A DNA stretch of 64,000 nucleotides. Origin: an uncultured cyanobacterium. GTDB taxonomy: Bacteria; Cyanobacteriota; Cyanobacteriia; Phormidesmidales; Phormidesmidaceae. The DNA lies in contig CAWBZI010000004.1 of assembly GCA_963793265.1 (NCBI GenBank), positions 288,001 through 352,000 of the forward strand, in the 5' to 3' direction. The position numbers and the translations under genes were made by a program. A model generated the notes under the pieces. It did no database searches. It was not told where the DNA came from and worked only from the letters and a program-made list of their open reading frames with translations. Shown piece by piece: positions 50,690 through 61,567 of this stretch (the first letter of the stretch is position 1; the number at the start of each line of letters is the position of its first letter).

Positions 50690-51227
50690 GATTACCTTTC
50701 CACATTGGTGTACAAAAAACAGGGGGCTCCTGCTTCAGATATAAACATATCTGCCTTGTTAGTAGAACGGATGCATCTTTAGAAACAAATTATCTTTATT
50801 AGTCGGTAGCGTATATTGCCTTATCTGCTTGCAAACGTATAAAGATCGCCTTAAGGGTGAGGTGCTAAGATTGCACCCGGCGTTGTCCGTAATTATGCTG
50901 TAGGTATCAAAGAAACCTTATGAATGCGCAATAAACGCGCAGACAAGCCGCTAATATTACGGGTAGATTCGGGCAGTCTATCTTTAAGATATATCGAATT
51001 TTATTGATGGGTGAAATAGACTCGTTCGAGACTGATAGGCCAGCTAGTAGGCCAGCTAGCTGGTTTGCTGCTGGGCCAACCAATAGACCGGTAGACAGAC
51101 CAGTAAGTATGTTAGGGGCCTCGTCTAAGGAATCTGTGTGTAGTAGGCTGATAAGACTTATTTTCAAGGGCTCGCATTCAAAGGGCTTGTTTTCAATGCT
51201 TGTTTTCCAAGGGCTTGGCGTAGATAA

Positions 51228-52265
51228 ATGATAAACAGCCGTTCCACCACGAGTTACACGACCTCTCACAAACTGCACCCTTTGAGCCTGCTCGCTCAGC
51301 TCATTAGCCGTCAGGTGAGCGGCTGCTTGAAGCTGTCTGCGCAAGCGTCAGAATGGCGGCTGCTATTTAACCGAGGGCAGCTAAATTTTGCGACGAACTC
51401 AGCAGATGCCTTTAATCGGCTAGTACGGCAGCTACAGCTATTAGATTCTTCTATCTCTAGCGACGTGCTCAATCAAATGCGACTGCTGTTTGAGCACTCA
51501 GATGAGGTTGATGAGGTCGTAAGCCGCGACTATCGGGCGCTGTGCTGGCTGGTGGATCAAAAGACAATCACCACTGAGCAGGCCGGGCAGTTAATTGGTG
51601 CGATCGCTATTGAAGTCATTGAGCCTTTTCTAAACATTCGCGAAGGCAGCTACGAGCTAATTCCATCTGCTCGCACTGAAGGCATTCCGACCTACTGCAA
51701 TCTAGACTTGCGGCCTATTGTAGAGCTGTGTCAGCGCAACAGTAAGCAGCGCGCTACGGGGGGAGCTGTGACCAGTCGGCTTGCTACGGGTGCAACTACT
51801 ACTGCAACAAGCACTCTGCAAACCCAGGTAAGCGGCGCGCCGAGTGGAACTAGCGTTAACGGCGGTAGCCCAACCGGGCTCAAGCGAACGACCTATACAG
51901 TTGCCTGCATTGACGATAGCCCAACGGTACTGAACGCGATTCAAAAGTTTTTAGAAGATCAGAGCTTATCTGTCGTTGCAATTAACGATCCGGTAAAGGC
52001 GCTAATGCAAATCGTCCGCAGCAAGCCAGACTTGATTTTGCTAGACATCACCATGCCCAACTTAGACGGGTATGAGCTGTGCGCGCTGCTACGGCGACAT
52101 CCCCGCTACAAGCGCACGCCAATTGTGATGGTCACTGGCAACACGGGCTTGATTGACAGGGCCAGAGCAAAGCTAGTACGGGCGTCGGGATATTTGACTA
52201 AGCCCTTTACCCAGTCAGATCTTTTGAAGATGGTATTCAAGCATTTGCCTACTCAAGGGCGCTAG
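51228..52265 (+). CDS. PatA-type response regulator (PATAN + REC; PixG/TaxP-like)
   Basis: N-terminal SGCLKL...WRLLF..GQL; REC with CIDDS, LLDITMP, YLTKPF. Confidence 0.88.
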   Translation: MINSRSTTSYTTSHKLHPLSLLAQLISRQVSGCLKLSAQASEWRLLFNRGQLNFATNSADAFNRLVRQLQLLDSSISSDVLNQMRLLFEHSDEVDEVVSRDYRALCWLVDQKTITTEQAGQLIGAIAIEVIEPFLNIREGSYELIPSARTEGIPTYCNLDLRPIVELCQRNSKQRATGGAVTSRLATGATTTATSTLQTQVSGAPSGTSVNGGSPTGLKRTTYTVACIDDSPTVLNAIQKFLEDQSLSVVAINDPVKALMQIVRSKPDLILLDITMPNLDGYELCALLRRHPRYKRTPIVMVTGNTGLIDRARAKLVRASGYLTKPFTQSDLLKMVFKHLPTQGR

Positions 52266-52404
52266 TAAAGCGATAAGCTCTGCCTATATGTGCTACCAAT
52301 CTGCTGTAGATCCGCGATAGGCTAGGGGTAATTGACGAGATCGCTCAGCGAGTTCTGACGCTGTTTCGGTACTTTCGCTTATTATTTTCCCCGGTAAGCT
52401 TGCT

Positions 52405-52851
52405 ATGGCTTTTTCAGCAAAAACGGCTACAGAGACAGCGACGAAAACGGCTGCAAAAACGGCAGCTCGTTCAACGGTTGAGCGAGGCCGAATTTTGGTG
52501 GTTGAAGATACCCCCTCAGAAATGGCGCTGATGATTCATTACTTGAGTGAGGAAGGGTATAGCGCGACGGGGGCAGCAACGGGCGCTGAGGGGTTGGATA
52601 AGGCGATCGCTCAAAAGCCAGATGTGATCGTCACCGATGTCGTAATGCCCGGCATCAGCGGGTTTGAGCTATGCCGCAAGCTAAAGCGTACGCCAGAAAC
52701 TAGAGACGTGCCGGTGGTGATGTGCTCTTCTAAAAAGCAAAATATTGACCGCCTGTGGGGTATGAGACAGGGCGCGACCGTGTATTTGACGAAGCCCTAT
52801 ACAAAAGATGAGCTGATTGAGGCGATCGCCAAAGTATTGCCAAAGTATTGA
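52405..52851 (+). CDS. CheY-like response regulator (PixH-like)
   Basis: VVED, TDVVMP, WGMRQGA, YLTKP. Confidence 0.9.
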   Translation: MAFSAKTATETATKTAAKTAARSTVERGRILVVEDTPSEMALMIHYLSEEGYSATGAATGAEGLDKAIAQKPDVIVTDVVMPGISGFELCRKLKRTPETRDVPVVMCSSKKQNIDRLWGMRQGATVYLTKPYTKDELIEAIAKVLPKY

Positions 52852-52968
52852 ACACAAAGTATTGAACAGAAGATGACAAGCCGCTTTACACTGGCTAAGT
52901 TTTGGGCCAGTGAGACATATCATCTACATTAAGAGAGACATTCTCTTAGAAGATATTTCGGCTGACTT

Positions 52969-53448
52969 GTGAAAACAGAGCTTGCTATTCCAGACCGTCA
53001 GCTTATTGGCGAAGCCTACTTAAAGTTTCAGCTCGCGCCGCGCGTTCCGGCTGTGATTGCTGCTCGCTCAGTTGAGGAGGCTACAGTGCTGCCGCCCTCC
53101 CAAGTGACGGCAATTCCGAATATGCCGCCCTGTATGTTGGGCTTAGTGAACCGGCGCAATCGTGTGATTTGGATCGCCAACCTGGTGCGGCTACTGGGGA
53201 TGCCCGTACCAGACCGGCCCAGGCAGCAGTACAGTATGGTGATTGTCAAAGCGGGCTCATCTTTGGGCCTAATGGTAGATGAAATTGACGGTATTATCCA
53301 TCTGACGGCAGAGGCCCTGCAGCCGCCACCGCCCCAAGTAAATCCAATTTTGGTACCTTATTTAAGAGGATGTGCTGTTCAAGACGATCAAATCTTACTG
53401 GTGCTAGATGCTGAAGCTGTTTTACAGTCTTCTGTTTTTCAGGGTTGA
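52969..53448 (+). CDS. CheW protein (PixI-like)
   Basis: IPNMPPCMLGLVNRRNRVIWI, LGLMVDEI. Confidence 0.9.
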   Translation: MKTELAIPDRQLIGEAYLKFQLAPRVPAVIAARSVEEATVLPPSQVTAIPNMPPCMLGLVNRRNRVIWIANLVRLLGMPVPDRPRQQYSMVIVKAGSSLGLMVDEIDGIIHLTAEALQPPPPQVNPILVPYLRGCAVQDDQILLVLDAEAVLQSSVFQG

Positions 53449-53575
53449 TTACGGATCTTCTTAACGTTATATAGCTGTACTATCTGTGCCTGCAACTTAA
53501 GCAGCGCTAAGTCTCCATTTCATAAGTTTTCGTTTTTAAGCTAACTTTTCGTTCTAACTCTGCACCGTTTCTGAC

Positions 53576-56500
53576 GTGAATTTTGATATGACCACTGATC
53601 TTCGTCCGCCCTATTCGTCTGATGCCTATTCGTCTGATGCCGGTGATGGCGCTGAGATCTTGAGCGCTCCTATGGCAAACGGTGCTGTCACAAATGGCGC
53701 AGCGGCAAGCGATAACGGTGGTGAGCGCTACGCCCCCGAAAAGATCCACGTCACTGCTTACAGCCGCTCGGGCCTATTGCAGTCGTTTTACAACCTGCCT
53801 GTAGCCGATAAGCAGCTAGCGGGCTTGCTGGCTTCTAAAATTTTGTCGGTGGCTGGGGTCATTGGTCTGAGCCTGTATTTGCTTTCGATGACGGGGCGTC
53901 ATCAGCTCCGCGAGCAGGCTGCTAGTGAGCTGTCGGCTACGGCTAAAGACTTGACGAGCGACGTGGGTAGGCTAACCCTGGGCGGATCGCTGCTGAGCGA
54001 CGGGGCGCTGCTAGAGGCGGCTGAGTTCTATGCCGAGACAGATCAGGTTGACGGTGAGCTGGCCTCAGAGGCCCGTACGGTGCTGCGTTCGGCGCTAGCA
54101 GCAGGCGATTTGGAATATATGACGCTAGTGGGCACCGACATGCGGGTGATTGCTAGCGGGGCGGCCGATCGCGAAGGCGATTTGTTTAATCCAGGAAATT
54201 TGGTGTCGGCGGCGCTGAAGCGGGGGCAGCCCAACACCACAATGAGCCTGGTGTCATTGACCGACATGCAGAATTTAGGCGTGACGATTCCGCCAAATAT
54301 CGATGAGGCTGCTTTAATTCGCTACGGGGTTGTGCCGCTCTTTTCGGGGCAGGGCGCAGGCGATGTAGTAGGCCAAGGTGGGGTGATTGGGGCGCTAGTT
54401 ACTGGGAATGTCGTCGATGGCAGCTCGGCAACGGTGGCCGACGCGCTCGGTCAGTTTCCAGACGGGTATAGCGCCGTTTATCGGTTAGATCCTAGCGGCG
54501 GCTTTGCGCGGGTTGCGATTGGACGATCAGAGCTAGCAGGCACGGAGCCAGATCTGGGTGCGCATCAGTTTTTAGAGAATGCGATTACCACGCCCGAAGG
54601 CGAGGTGCTTACTGAGCGCTTTGTGGGGCCGAGTGACGATCGCTATACGGTGGCTGCGATGCCGATTGTCGGTGGCAATGGTGAGGCGGTGGCGGTGGTG
54701 CTGCGCGGGCTCTCTGAGCAGATGATTAACGAGCGCATATGGCGCAATGGCTGGCTGGTGACTGGGGCGGCAATGCTGGCGCTACTGGTAGATGTAGTCA
54801 TCGCGAAGCTGCTAGGCCGCTCGATTGTTCAGCCGGTACGGAATTTGCAGGCGGCGACTGAGAAGTTTGCCTCGGGCGACAGATCGTCTAGAGCTGACGT
54901 TTATTCACGCGACGAAGTGGGCCGGGTGGCGAGTGCTTTCAATGAGCTAGCGGCGGCGGTGTCTAGCTCTGAGTCTTCGCTGCGGTTTCAAAATCAAACG
55001 CAAACGGAGTCGGCGAGGCGATCGCAACTGCTCAGCGATTTCACCTCTCAAGTACGCCAAAGCCTAGACGTAGAGTCTATTTTGAGCACGGCTGTAGATC
55101 AGGTAAGGGCGCTTTTTCACGTGGATCGCGTGATTATCTATCGCTTTAATGCAGGCTATGGCGGCGGAGATGTGACCGCCGAGTCGGTGGGTAAGGGTTG
55201 GAGCCGGGCAATGGGCCAAACGCTGATCGATCCTATGATGCCGAATTCGGTAGACCGCTTTAAGACAGGGCAGATTTCGTATGTGCAGGATATTGATAAG
55301 GCAGATTTGACGGAGTGCCACTGCCGCCTGCTCAAAGAGCTAGAGGTGAAGGCAAATATGGTGGGGCCGATTATTGTAGGCGAAGATCTAGTCGGGCTGA
55401 TGTGTGTGCATCAGTGCAGCGGGCCGCGTCACTGGCAGCCTGAAGAAATTAGCATGATGCAGCAGCTGACGACGCAGGTGGGCTATGCGCTGGCCCAGTC
55501 GCGAATATTGCAGACGCAGACGCAGGCAGTGAAGCGCGAGCAGCAGCTCACGGCGCTGGTAACTGACATTCGAGAAGCCGCTGTGAGCAGTGCCTCTTCT
55601 TTGAACAACCGCGACAAAATCTATCGCATCGTCACCCGTCAGCTCAAGCTGGCAATCGACTGTAGCCGCGTGATTGTGTACACCTTTGACGATAAGTGGA
55701 ACGGCACTATCGTGGCTGAGTCGGTCGATCCACAGTGGCCTCCGGCTTTGGGCGCAGAGATTACCGACCCCTGCTTTGCTGATAGCTACGTTGAGCAGTA
55801 CAAAACAGGTCGGGTGAAGGCGACCTCTGATATTTATACGGCGGGCCTGACTGAGTGCCATATGAACCAGCTAGCGCCCTTTAAGGTGCGAGCTAACTTA
55901 GTTGCGCCGATTGTGGTAGAAGATCGACTGCTGGGGCTGCTGATTGCGCATGAGTGCGAGGGGCCCAGAGACTGGTCTGAGCTGACGATTAACTTTATGC
56001 AGCGGGCGGCAACGCAGTTGGGCTACGCGCTAGAGCAGGCGGATGCGATCACGCAAAAAATACAGGCCCTTTCTCAAACCGAATTCCTCAGTCAGGAGCG
56101 TTTGGATCGCCAAGAAGCGCTGCAAAATCAGCTTATAGAACTGCTCAGTGACGTAGAAGCGGTAGCCGATGGTGACCTAACCGTGCGCGCTAACGTAACC
56201 GCTGGCGAAATCGGCACAGTGGCAGACTTCTTTAACTCAATTGTTGAAAACCTGCGTCAGGTGGTCACGCAGGTAAAACAGTCCGCGCTTCAGGTAAACG
56301 CCTCGCTAGGCCAGAACGAGAGTGCGATTCGCCTGCTGGCTGATGAAGCCTTGCAGCAGGCCGAGCAGACGACCAAAACCCTTAACTCTGTCGGTGAGAT
56401 GACAGCTTCGATTCGGCAGGTGGCCGAGCAGGCCCAGGAGGCGGCAGCGGTGGCTAAGACGGCTTCTGAGACGGCGACGACTGGCGAAGAAGCGATGGAT

Positions 56501-57112
56501 TTAACCGTAAGCAACATTTTATTAATGCGGCAGACGGTGGGCCACACTGCCAAAAAGGTAAAGCGCTTAGGCGAGTCTTCTCAGCAGATCACGAAGGCGG
56601 TGCTGCTGATTAATCAGATTGCGCAGCAGACAAACTTGCTGGCGATTAATGCTGGAATTGAGGCGGCAAGAGCCGGTGAGGCCGGACAGGGCTTTGCGGC
56701 GGTGGCCGAAGAAGTTGGTGAGCTGGCAACCCGCTCGGCGTCGGCGACTGAGGAGATTGAGCGGATTGTCGAGACGATTCAGCGCGAGACGAATGACGTG
56801 GTAGAGGCGATTGAGCAGAGCACCTCGCAGGTGGTAGAAGGGACGCGGCGAGTGGAAGACGCCAAGCTAAGCCTGAACCAGATTTTGGCAGGCTCGCAGC
56901 GGATGGATGAGCTAGCGCGGATGATTTCGGAGGCGACCGGATCGCAGGTGGAAACTTCGACAACGGTATCGACGCTGATGGCGGAAATTGCGCAGCTTTC
57001 TGAGCGCACATCGGCCTCTTCGCGGCAGGTGTCTGAGGCACTGAAGCAGACGGTATCGGTAGCTCAAGATCTTCAGGAACAGGTGTCTACGTTTACCGTC
57101 GATGAGGGGTAA
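53576..57112 (+). CDS. Methyl-accepting photoreceptor (PixJ-like): TM-periplasmic-TM, HAMP, two CBCR GAF, MCP domain
   Basis: [15 protein letters not shown], GAFs with CH motifs, [27 protein letters not shown]; start 53576 or 53588. Confidence 0.92.
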   Translation: MNFDMTTDLRPPYSSDAYSSDAGDGAEILSAPMANGAVTNGAAASDNGGERYAPEKIHVTAYSRSGLLQSFYNLPVADKQLAGLLASKILSVAGVIGLSLYLLSMTGRHQLREQAASELSATAKDLTSDVGRLTLGGSLLSDGALLEAAEFYAETDQVDGELASEARTVLRSALAAGDLEYMTLVGTDMRVIASGAADREGDLFNPGNLVSAALKRGQPNTTMSLVSLTDMQNLGVTIPPNIDEAALIRYGVVPLFSGQGAGDVVGQGGVIGALVTGNVVDGSSATVADALGQFPDGYSAVYRLDPSGGFARVAIGRSELAGTEPDLGAHQFLENAITTPEGEVLTERFVGPSDDRYTVAAMPIVGGNGEAVAVVLRGLSEQMINERIWRNGWLVTGAAMLALLVDVVIAKLLGRSIVQPVRNLQAATEKFASGDRSSRADVYSRDEVGRVASAFNELAAAVSSSESSLRFQNQTQTESARRSQLLSDFTSQVRQSLDVESILSTAVDQVRALFHVDRVIIYRFNAGYGGGDVTAESVGKGWSRAMGQTLIDPMMPNSVDRFKTGQISYVQDIDKADLTECHCRLLKELEVKANMVGPIIVGEDLVGLMCVHQCSGPRHWQPEEISMMQQLTTQVGYALAQSRILQTQTQAVKREQQLTALVTDIREAAVSSASSLNNRDKIYRIVTRQLKLAIDCSRVIVYTFDDKWNGTIVAESVDPQWPPALGAEITDPCFADSYVEQYKTGRVKATSDIYTAGLTECHMNQLAPFKVRANLVAPIVVEDRLLGLLIAHECEGPRDWSELTINFMQRAATQLGYALEQADAITQKIQALSQTEFLSQERLDRQEALQNQLIELLSDVEAVADGDLTVRANVTAGEIGTVADFFNSIVENLRQVVTQVKQSALQVNASLGQNESAIRLLADEALQQAEQTTKTLNSVGEMTASIRQVAEQAQEAAAVAKTASETATTGEEAMDLTVSNILLMRQTVGHTAKKVKRLGESSQQITKAVLLINQIAQQTNLLAINAGIEAARAGEAGQGFAAVAEEVGELATRSASATEEIERIVETIQRETNDVVEAIEQSTSQVVEGTRRVEDAKLSLNQILAGSQRMDELARMISEATGSQVETSTTVSTLMAEIAQLSERTSASSRQVSEALKQTVSVAQDLQEQVSTFTVDEG

Positions 57113-57114
57113 GT

Positions 57115-60100
57115 ATGGACGGCAAAGAGCAAGAAATTCGGCTTCAGTTTCTCGATGAGGCTGGAGAATATTTGGACACCATGGAAACGGCGCTGCTAGG
57201 GGTGGCGCAGCGCGGTGTCGATAGCCATGAGATTAACGGGGCGCTGCGGGCGGCGCACTCGATTAAGGGCGGGGCGGCGCTGATGGGCTATGGGCTCACA
57301 AGCGAGCTATCGCATCGGCTAGAGGATTCGCTGAAGGTGCTGAAGATTCAGCGGGCTGAAGGGGTGAGCGCCGATGTCGAAGGACAGATGTTGAGCGGGG
57401 TGGATGCGATTCGGCAGATTGTGGAGCGCGATCGCACAGGTCAGCCTTTGGACGAGAGCTGGGTTAACACCACCGTTATGCCTATCTTTGATGGGCTCTA
57501 TGACACGTTAGGCGAGCCAAGCGCTGAGGATGCCGCCTCAATTATGGATGCCGATGAAGGGCAAAACGTAATGCCTCTGATTTTTCAGACGGAGGTGGAC
57601 GGGGCGCTGGAGCGGCTAGAGGCGTTGATCGACGAGCAGCCGCTAAACCTGCAAGAAGAAGTTGCGATTATGGCTCAGGAGCTGGGCGGGCTGGGCGAAA
57701 TGCTCGATTTGCCGGTGTTTATCAAGCTTTGTCAGTCGGTAGAGCAGTATGCGCTAGGGGCAATGAATTCGGCGCAGGTGCAGGAGGTGGCCCAGAAGAC
57801 ACTGCAAATTTGGCGGCGATCGCAAGCCCTAGTGCTGACTGGCAACGTCGATTCTATGCCCGATCAGCTCACTGACATGAGCTTTGGCACGATCGCAATT
57901 GAGTTTGATCGCGCTGAGCGAGATTCTTTAGATCTAGAAGATAGCAACGGGTCAGTGGCCTCTGTATTTGCGGGGTTTGATATTGACACTGACGAGACAG
58001 GCGTTGATTTGCCACTAGATGAGAACTTAGCTGGCGATGTGTTCGGTGGCTTTGGCGACGAGAACGATGCGCTGGTGGGTGATGTCTTCGGTGGCTTTGA
58101 TAGCGGCGATGATGACCTACTAGGCGATTCGACCGGCAACTTTGATAGTGAACCTGCTGGCGGCTTGTCCGACGATCTAACGGGTGATTTTGTTGATAGC
58201 GAAATCACAGAAGAAGACGCTTTTGCGGGCGTGTTTGACGACCTAAGTTCGGAGCCAGCGAGCGGTACAACCTTAGGATCGCGCGCTGCCGTCAGCGATG
58301 CTGCGAGCGCTCAGCAGAATAGTCAATCGGGTACGGCGTTTCGGTTTTCAGAGACGCCTAAAGCGCAGGTAGAAGACGCTGAGCTAGGCGACAATACCGT
58401 GCGGGTGTCGGTGCGCAAGCTGAATAATTTGAATGATTATTTTGGTGAGCTGACAATTGAGCGCAACCGGCTAGAGGCTGAGGTAAAGCGAATGCGCGTG
58501 CTGGTGAAAGACTTAAGCCGGAAATTGCGATCGCTCGACGAAATCAATGATGACGTAAGGGATCTCTACGAACAGCCCGAACGCCCCCTTCTGCTCTCTA
58601 GCGCTCAATCTGGTGCGGCGCTGCCCGGCACTGCCCCCCCGCAGCCTCTTGCTACCGCTGCTGGATCTGCTATACCTACCGCCTCAGAGTCAGGCTTTCG
58701 CCAGGGGTTTGACACCTTAGAATTCGACCGCTACAACGATGCTCATCTGCCCTTTCGACAGATTGTAGAGTCGGTGGTAAAGCTGCAAGAAGTCGCAGAC
58801 GATATTGAACTGAGCGTTGATAGAACCGAGCAGACCACGCGGGTGATTCATCGAACGGCGCGTCATTTGCAGCTCAACCTTAACCAACTGCGAATGCGTC
58901 CCCTCTCAGATGTGACCAACCGCTTTCCTCGGGCCTTGCGAGAGCTAGAGCTAGAGCACGGGAAGTCGGTAGAGCTTGCTTTAGACGGTGAAAGCGTTTT
59001 GATCGACCGCAACATTCTAGAAGCGCTGAACGATCCAATGATGCACATTGTTCGCAATGCCTTTGACCATGGCATTGAAACGCCGCAAAAGCGGGAGAGC
59101 CAGGGTAAGCCCAAGACCGGGACGATTGCGATCAAGGCGTTTAACCGTAGCAATCGCACGGTGATTACGGTGAGTGATGACGGTAATGGAATTGCGCTGG
59201 ATAAGATACGCGATCGCGCCCTAGCAATGGGCCTAGATGCCGATCTCCTGGACGCAGCCAGTGAAGCCGAGCTGCTTTCACTTATTTTCGAGCCTGGCTT
59301 TAGCACCTCTGACGCTGTGACGGCACTCTCGGGGCGCGGCGTGGGCATGGACGTAGTGCGCAACAATCTCACCCAAATTCGCGGCGATATCAGCGTCGAT
59401 ACCGCGCCTGGAAAAGGCACGACGTTCACAATTTCGGTGCCCTATACGCTCTCGGTAACGCGGGTGATGCTAGCTGAGTCTAATCGGATGCCAGTGGCGC
59501 TGCCGACCGACATGATCGAGGAGGTTGCGATCGCTGCCGATGAAGACCGTTTTGAGCGTGATGGCCGCACGATGTTCCGCTTTAAGGGCAAAGAAATCCG
59601 CCTGATCAAGCTTTCTACCTGGCTAGCTTTTAACTGTCCTCGTCAGTTTGACAGCTTAGAAGAAGTGCCGACGATGGATCGCCCGAGCGTACTGCTCTTT
59701 CATATGGGCGATCAGAAAATAGGGATTGAAATTGACAGATCTTGGGGCGAGCGGGAAGTGGCCGTGCGCCGGGTAGAAGGGCCGATTGCGCTGCCTGCGG
59801 GCTTTAGTAACTGTACAATTTTGGGCGACGGTAAGGTCATTCCATTAGTTAGCCTGCCGGATATTGCTCGCTGGGTGCTCAACTGTGAGGCGTCTAATAT
59901 CAATTCGGCAGCAGCGCTATACTCTAATCCGGTGACGCAGGGCGCGATTGATCCGCTGAGCTTGCAGACGGTGCCTGACCCAGATGTAAACCGCAGCGCT
60001 AAGTTTTTGGTGATTGATGACTCGGTGAACGTACGGCGGCTGCTAGCGCTGATCTTAGAGAAGGCGGGTTATGACGTAGAGCAGGCCCGCGATGGTGAGG

Positions 60101-60387
60101 ACGCCTTTGACCGGCTAGAGAATGGGCTGGTGGTAGATGGGATTGTGTGTGATGTGGAAATGCCGCGGATGGACGGGTACAGCTTTTTGTCGAAGTTGCG
60201 ATCGCAGCCTAAGTTTGCCAATGTTCCAGTGACCATGCTCACTTCTCGCAGCGGCGAAAAGCACCGTAATCTGGCGATGAACCTGGGCGCTAATGCCTAT
60301 TTTTCTAAGCCCTATCAGGAGCGGGTGCTGCTGAAGAGCTTGGAAGAGAGTTTGAGAGAGATGGCTAAGCAGGATGGCGGACTGTGA
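57115..60387 (+). CDS. CheA-like hybrid histidine kinase (PixL-like): Hpt, HATPase, CheW, REC
   Basis: RAAHSIKG, HIVRNAFDHGIE, DDGNGI, SGRGVGMDVV, C-terminal CDVEMP REC. Confidence 0.95.
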   Translation: MDGKEQEIRLQFLDEAGEYLDTMETALLGVAQRGVDSHEINGALRAAHSIKGGAALMGYGLTSELSHRLEDSLKVLKIQRAEGVSADVEGQMLSGVDAIRQIVERDRTGQPLDESWVNTTVMPIFDGLYDTLGEPSAEDAASIMDADEGQNVMPLIFQTEVDGALERLEALIDEQPLNLQEEVAIMAQELGGLGEMLDLPVFIKLCQSVEQYALGAMNSAQVQEVAQKTLQIWRRSQALVLTGNVDSMPDQLTDMSFGTIAIEFDRAERDSLDLEDSNGSVASVFAGFDIDTDETGVDLPLDENLAGDVFGGFGDENDALVGDVFGGFDSGDDDLLGDSTGNFDSEPAGGLSDDLTGDFVDSEITEEDAFAGVFDDLSSEPASGTTLGSRAAVSDAASAQQNSQSGTAFRFSETPKAQVEDAELGDNTVRVSVRKLNNLNDYFGELTIERNRLEAEVKRMRVLVKDLSRKLRSLDEINDDVRDLYEQPERPLLLSSAQSGAALPGTAPPQPLATAAGSAIPTASESGFRQGFDTLEFDRYNDAHLPFRQIVESVVKLQEVADDIELSVDRTEQTTRVIHRTARHLQLNLNQLRMRPLSDVTNRFPRALRELELEHGKSVELALDGESVLIDRNILEALNDPMMHIVRNAFDHGIETPQKRESQGKPKTGTIAIKAFNRSNRTVITVSDDGNGIALDKIRDRALAMGLDADLLDAASEAELLSLIFEPGFSTSDAVTALSGRGVGMDVVRNNLTQIRGDISVDTAPGKGTTFTISVPYTLSVTRVMLAESNRMPVALPTDMIEEVAIAADEDRFERDGRTMFRFKGKEIRLIKLSTWLAFNCPRQFDSLEEVPTMDRPSVLLFHMGDQKIGIEIDRSWGEREVAVRRVEGPIALPAGFSNCTILGDGKVIPLVSLPDIARWVLNCEASNINSAAALYSNPVTQGAIDPLSLQTVPDPDVNRSAKFLVIDDSVNVRRLLALILEKAGYDVEQARDGEDAFDRLENGLVVDGIVCDVEMPRMDGYSFLSKLRSQPKFANVPVTMLTSRSGEKHRNLAMNLGANAYFSKPYQERVLLKSLEESLREMAKQDGGL

Positions 60388-60647
60388 GTGCGGCTGGAGA
60401 GATTACGATTATGCTGAAGCTGTTTGCGGTGTATCAGGAGACTTTGGGCGCTGCGGAGCAGGTGATGGTGCTGCCGGTCGGGACGACGGCTGGGGGGGTG
60501 CGCGATCGCTTAATTGCCGACTATCCCGATTTGGCTCAGTGGAAAGAAGTCACCCGCTTTGGCATAAATTTGCAGTTTGTTGCGGCTGATATGCCGCTAA
60601 AAGACGGGGATGAGCTGGTGTTAATTCCGCCTGTGAGCGGTGGTTAA
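60384..60647 (+). CDS. moaD: MoaD/ThiS sulfur carrier
   Basis: LKLFAVYQE...DGDELVLIPPVSGG; GTG overlaps the cheA stop. Confidence 0.88.
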   Translation: MSAAGEITIMLKLFAVYQETLGAAEQVMVLPVGTTAGGVRDRLIADYPDLAQWKEVTRFGINLQFVAADMPLKDGDELVLIPPVSGG

Positions 60648-60652
60648 TAACG

Positions 60653-61567
60653 CTAAGGCGGCTGGCACTGATTGTCTTCGACGGTGACAGAAACTTGAAA
60701 TGAGTAAGGTTCCTTTTCATCGGGTGGTACAAGCGGGCCTGTGCCCTTCCGCGCTGAGTTGACCCAATCGCGAATATCTCCGTCTGGCGGAGCCGTTGGC
60801 ACTGCCTGCTGCAAGGCGGTAAACGCAGCGTCCGGTAGCAGCTCAGGCTCGGGCGGCGAAAGGTAGGCGGTTATCCAGTTGTCTATAGCGGAATATCCGG
60901 TGAGCTGGAGTAGCTGACCGGCCACGAGTTCGCCTTGATCGTCAAGAACGACAGCAGCGGTCACATTCAGCCCAGCGTCTTGTTCAAAGCACGCTCCGTT
61001 CGCTGGATAGGTCAAGCTAAGAATATTGTTCTTGATGTCTTGCCCTCTGCCATAAGGTGAGAGAAAGGTAAACGCTGTGTTCCGGTAGTAAGCATCAGTA
61101 GTTCCATCGGATACGTATTGCTGAGGAACGACAGGTGCAGACGTTTGCGTGGGCGTTTGCGTGGGCGTTTGCGTGGGTGTAGGCGTGGGTGTCGGTGTCG
61201 GTGTCGGCGTCGGTGTCGGCGTCGGCGTCGGCGTCGGCGGATCGGCAGGCTTGGGTGCGGCAACAATCACCTGCGGCGGAGGCTGAACGGCAGGTTCTGG
61301 AGCTGGTGGCGCTACGACAGGGGGCTCTGTTGCAGGCGGCGCTACGGTGGGTGGTGGAGAAGCTAATTCTGGAGCAGCGGTGGGCCTAGAGACTTTAGGT
61401 AGCTCCGTCACCGAAATGGGCTCGGGTAGTTCAACTTTAAGATCTTCAATGGGTTCCGGTTCTGGCACCGGAATGAGCAAAGCCAACCCGTGTAGGCTCA
61501 GTGATACCAAAAGCACCGGACTGAGCCAATAGATGAATTTTCGCCAGTTGGGTTTTTCAGGAGGCAT
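60653..61567 (-). CDS. Proline-rich TonB/TolA-like membrane-anchored protein
   Basis: TM with SLSLH (SxxxH), PEPEP and (PT)n spacer, C-terminal YP...VVLDDQGEL. Confidence 0.55.
   Translation of the reverse strand: MPPEKPNWRKFIYWLSPVLLVSLSLHGLALLIPVPEPEPIEDLKVELPEPISVTELPKVSRPTAAPELASPPPTVAPPATEPPVVAPPAPEPAVQPPPQVIVAAPKPADPPTPTPTPTPTPTPTPTPTPTPTQTPTQTPTQTSAPVVPQQYVSDGTTDAYYRNTAFTFLSPYGRGQDIKNNILSLTYPANGACFEQDAGLNVTAAVVLDDQGELVAGQLLQLTGYSAIDNWITAYLSPPEPELLPDAAFTALQQAVPTAPPDGDIRDWVNSARKGTGPLVPPDEKEPYSFQVSVTVEDNQCQPP
61143..61238 (-). repeat. Coding tandem repeats: 12-mer GTTTGCGTGGGC x3 and 6-mer GTCGGY x8 (QTPT / PT linker)
   Basis: Direct reading; in-frame units. Confidence 0.9.

Noticed and set aside
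61141..61240. Tandem repeats as a CRISPR array or phase-variation locus
   Set aside because: Units are 6 and 12 nt with no spacers and are in frame, encoding a Pro-Thr linker; no cas genes.
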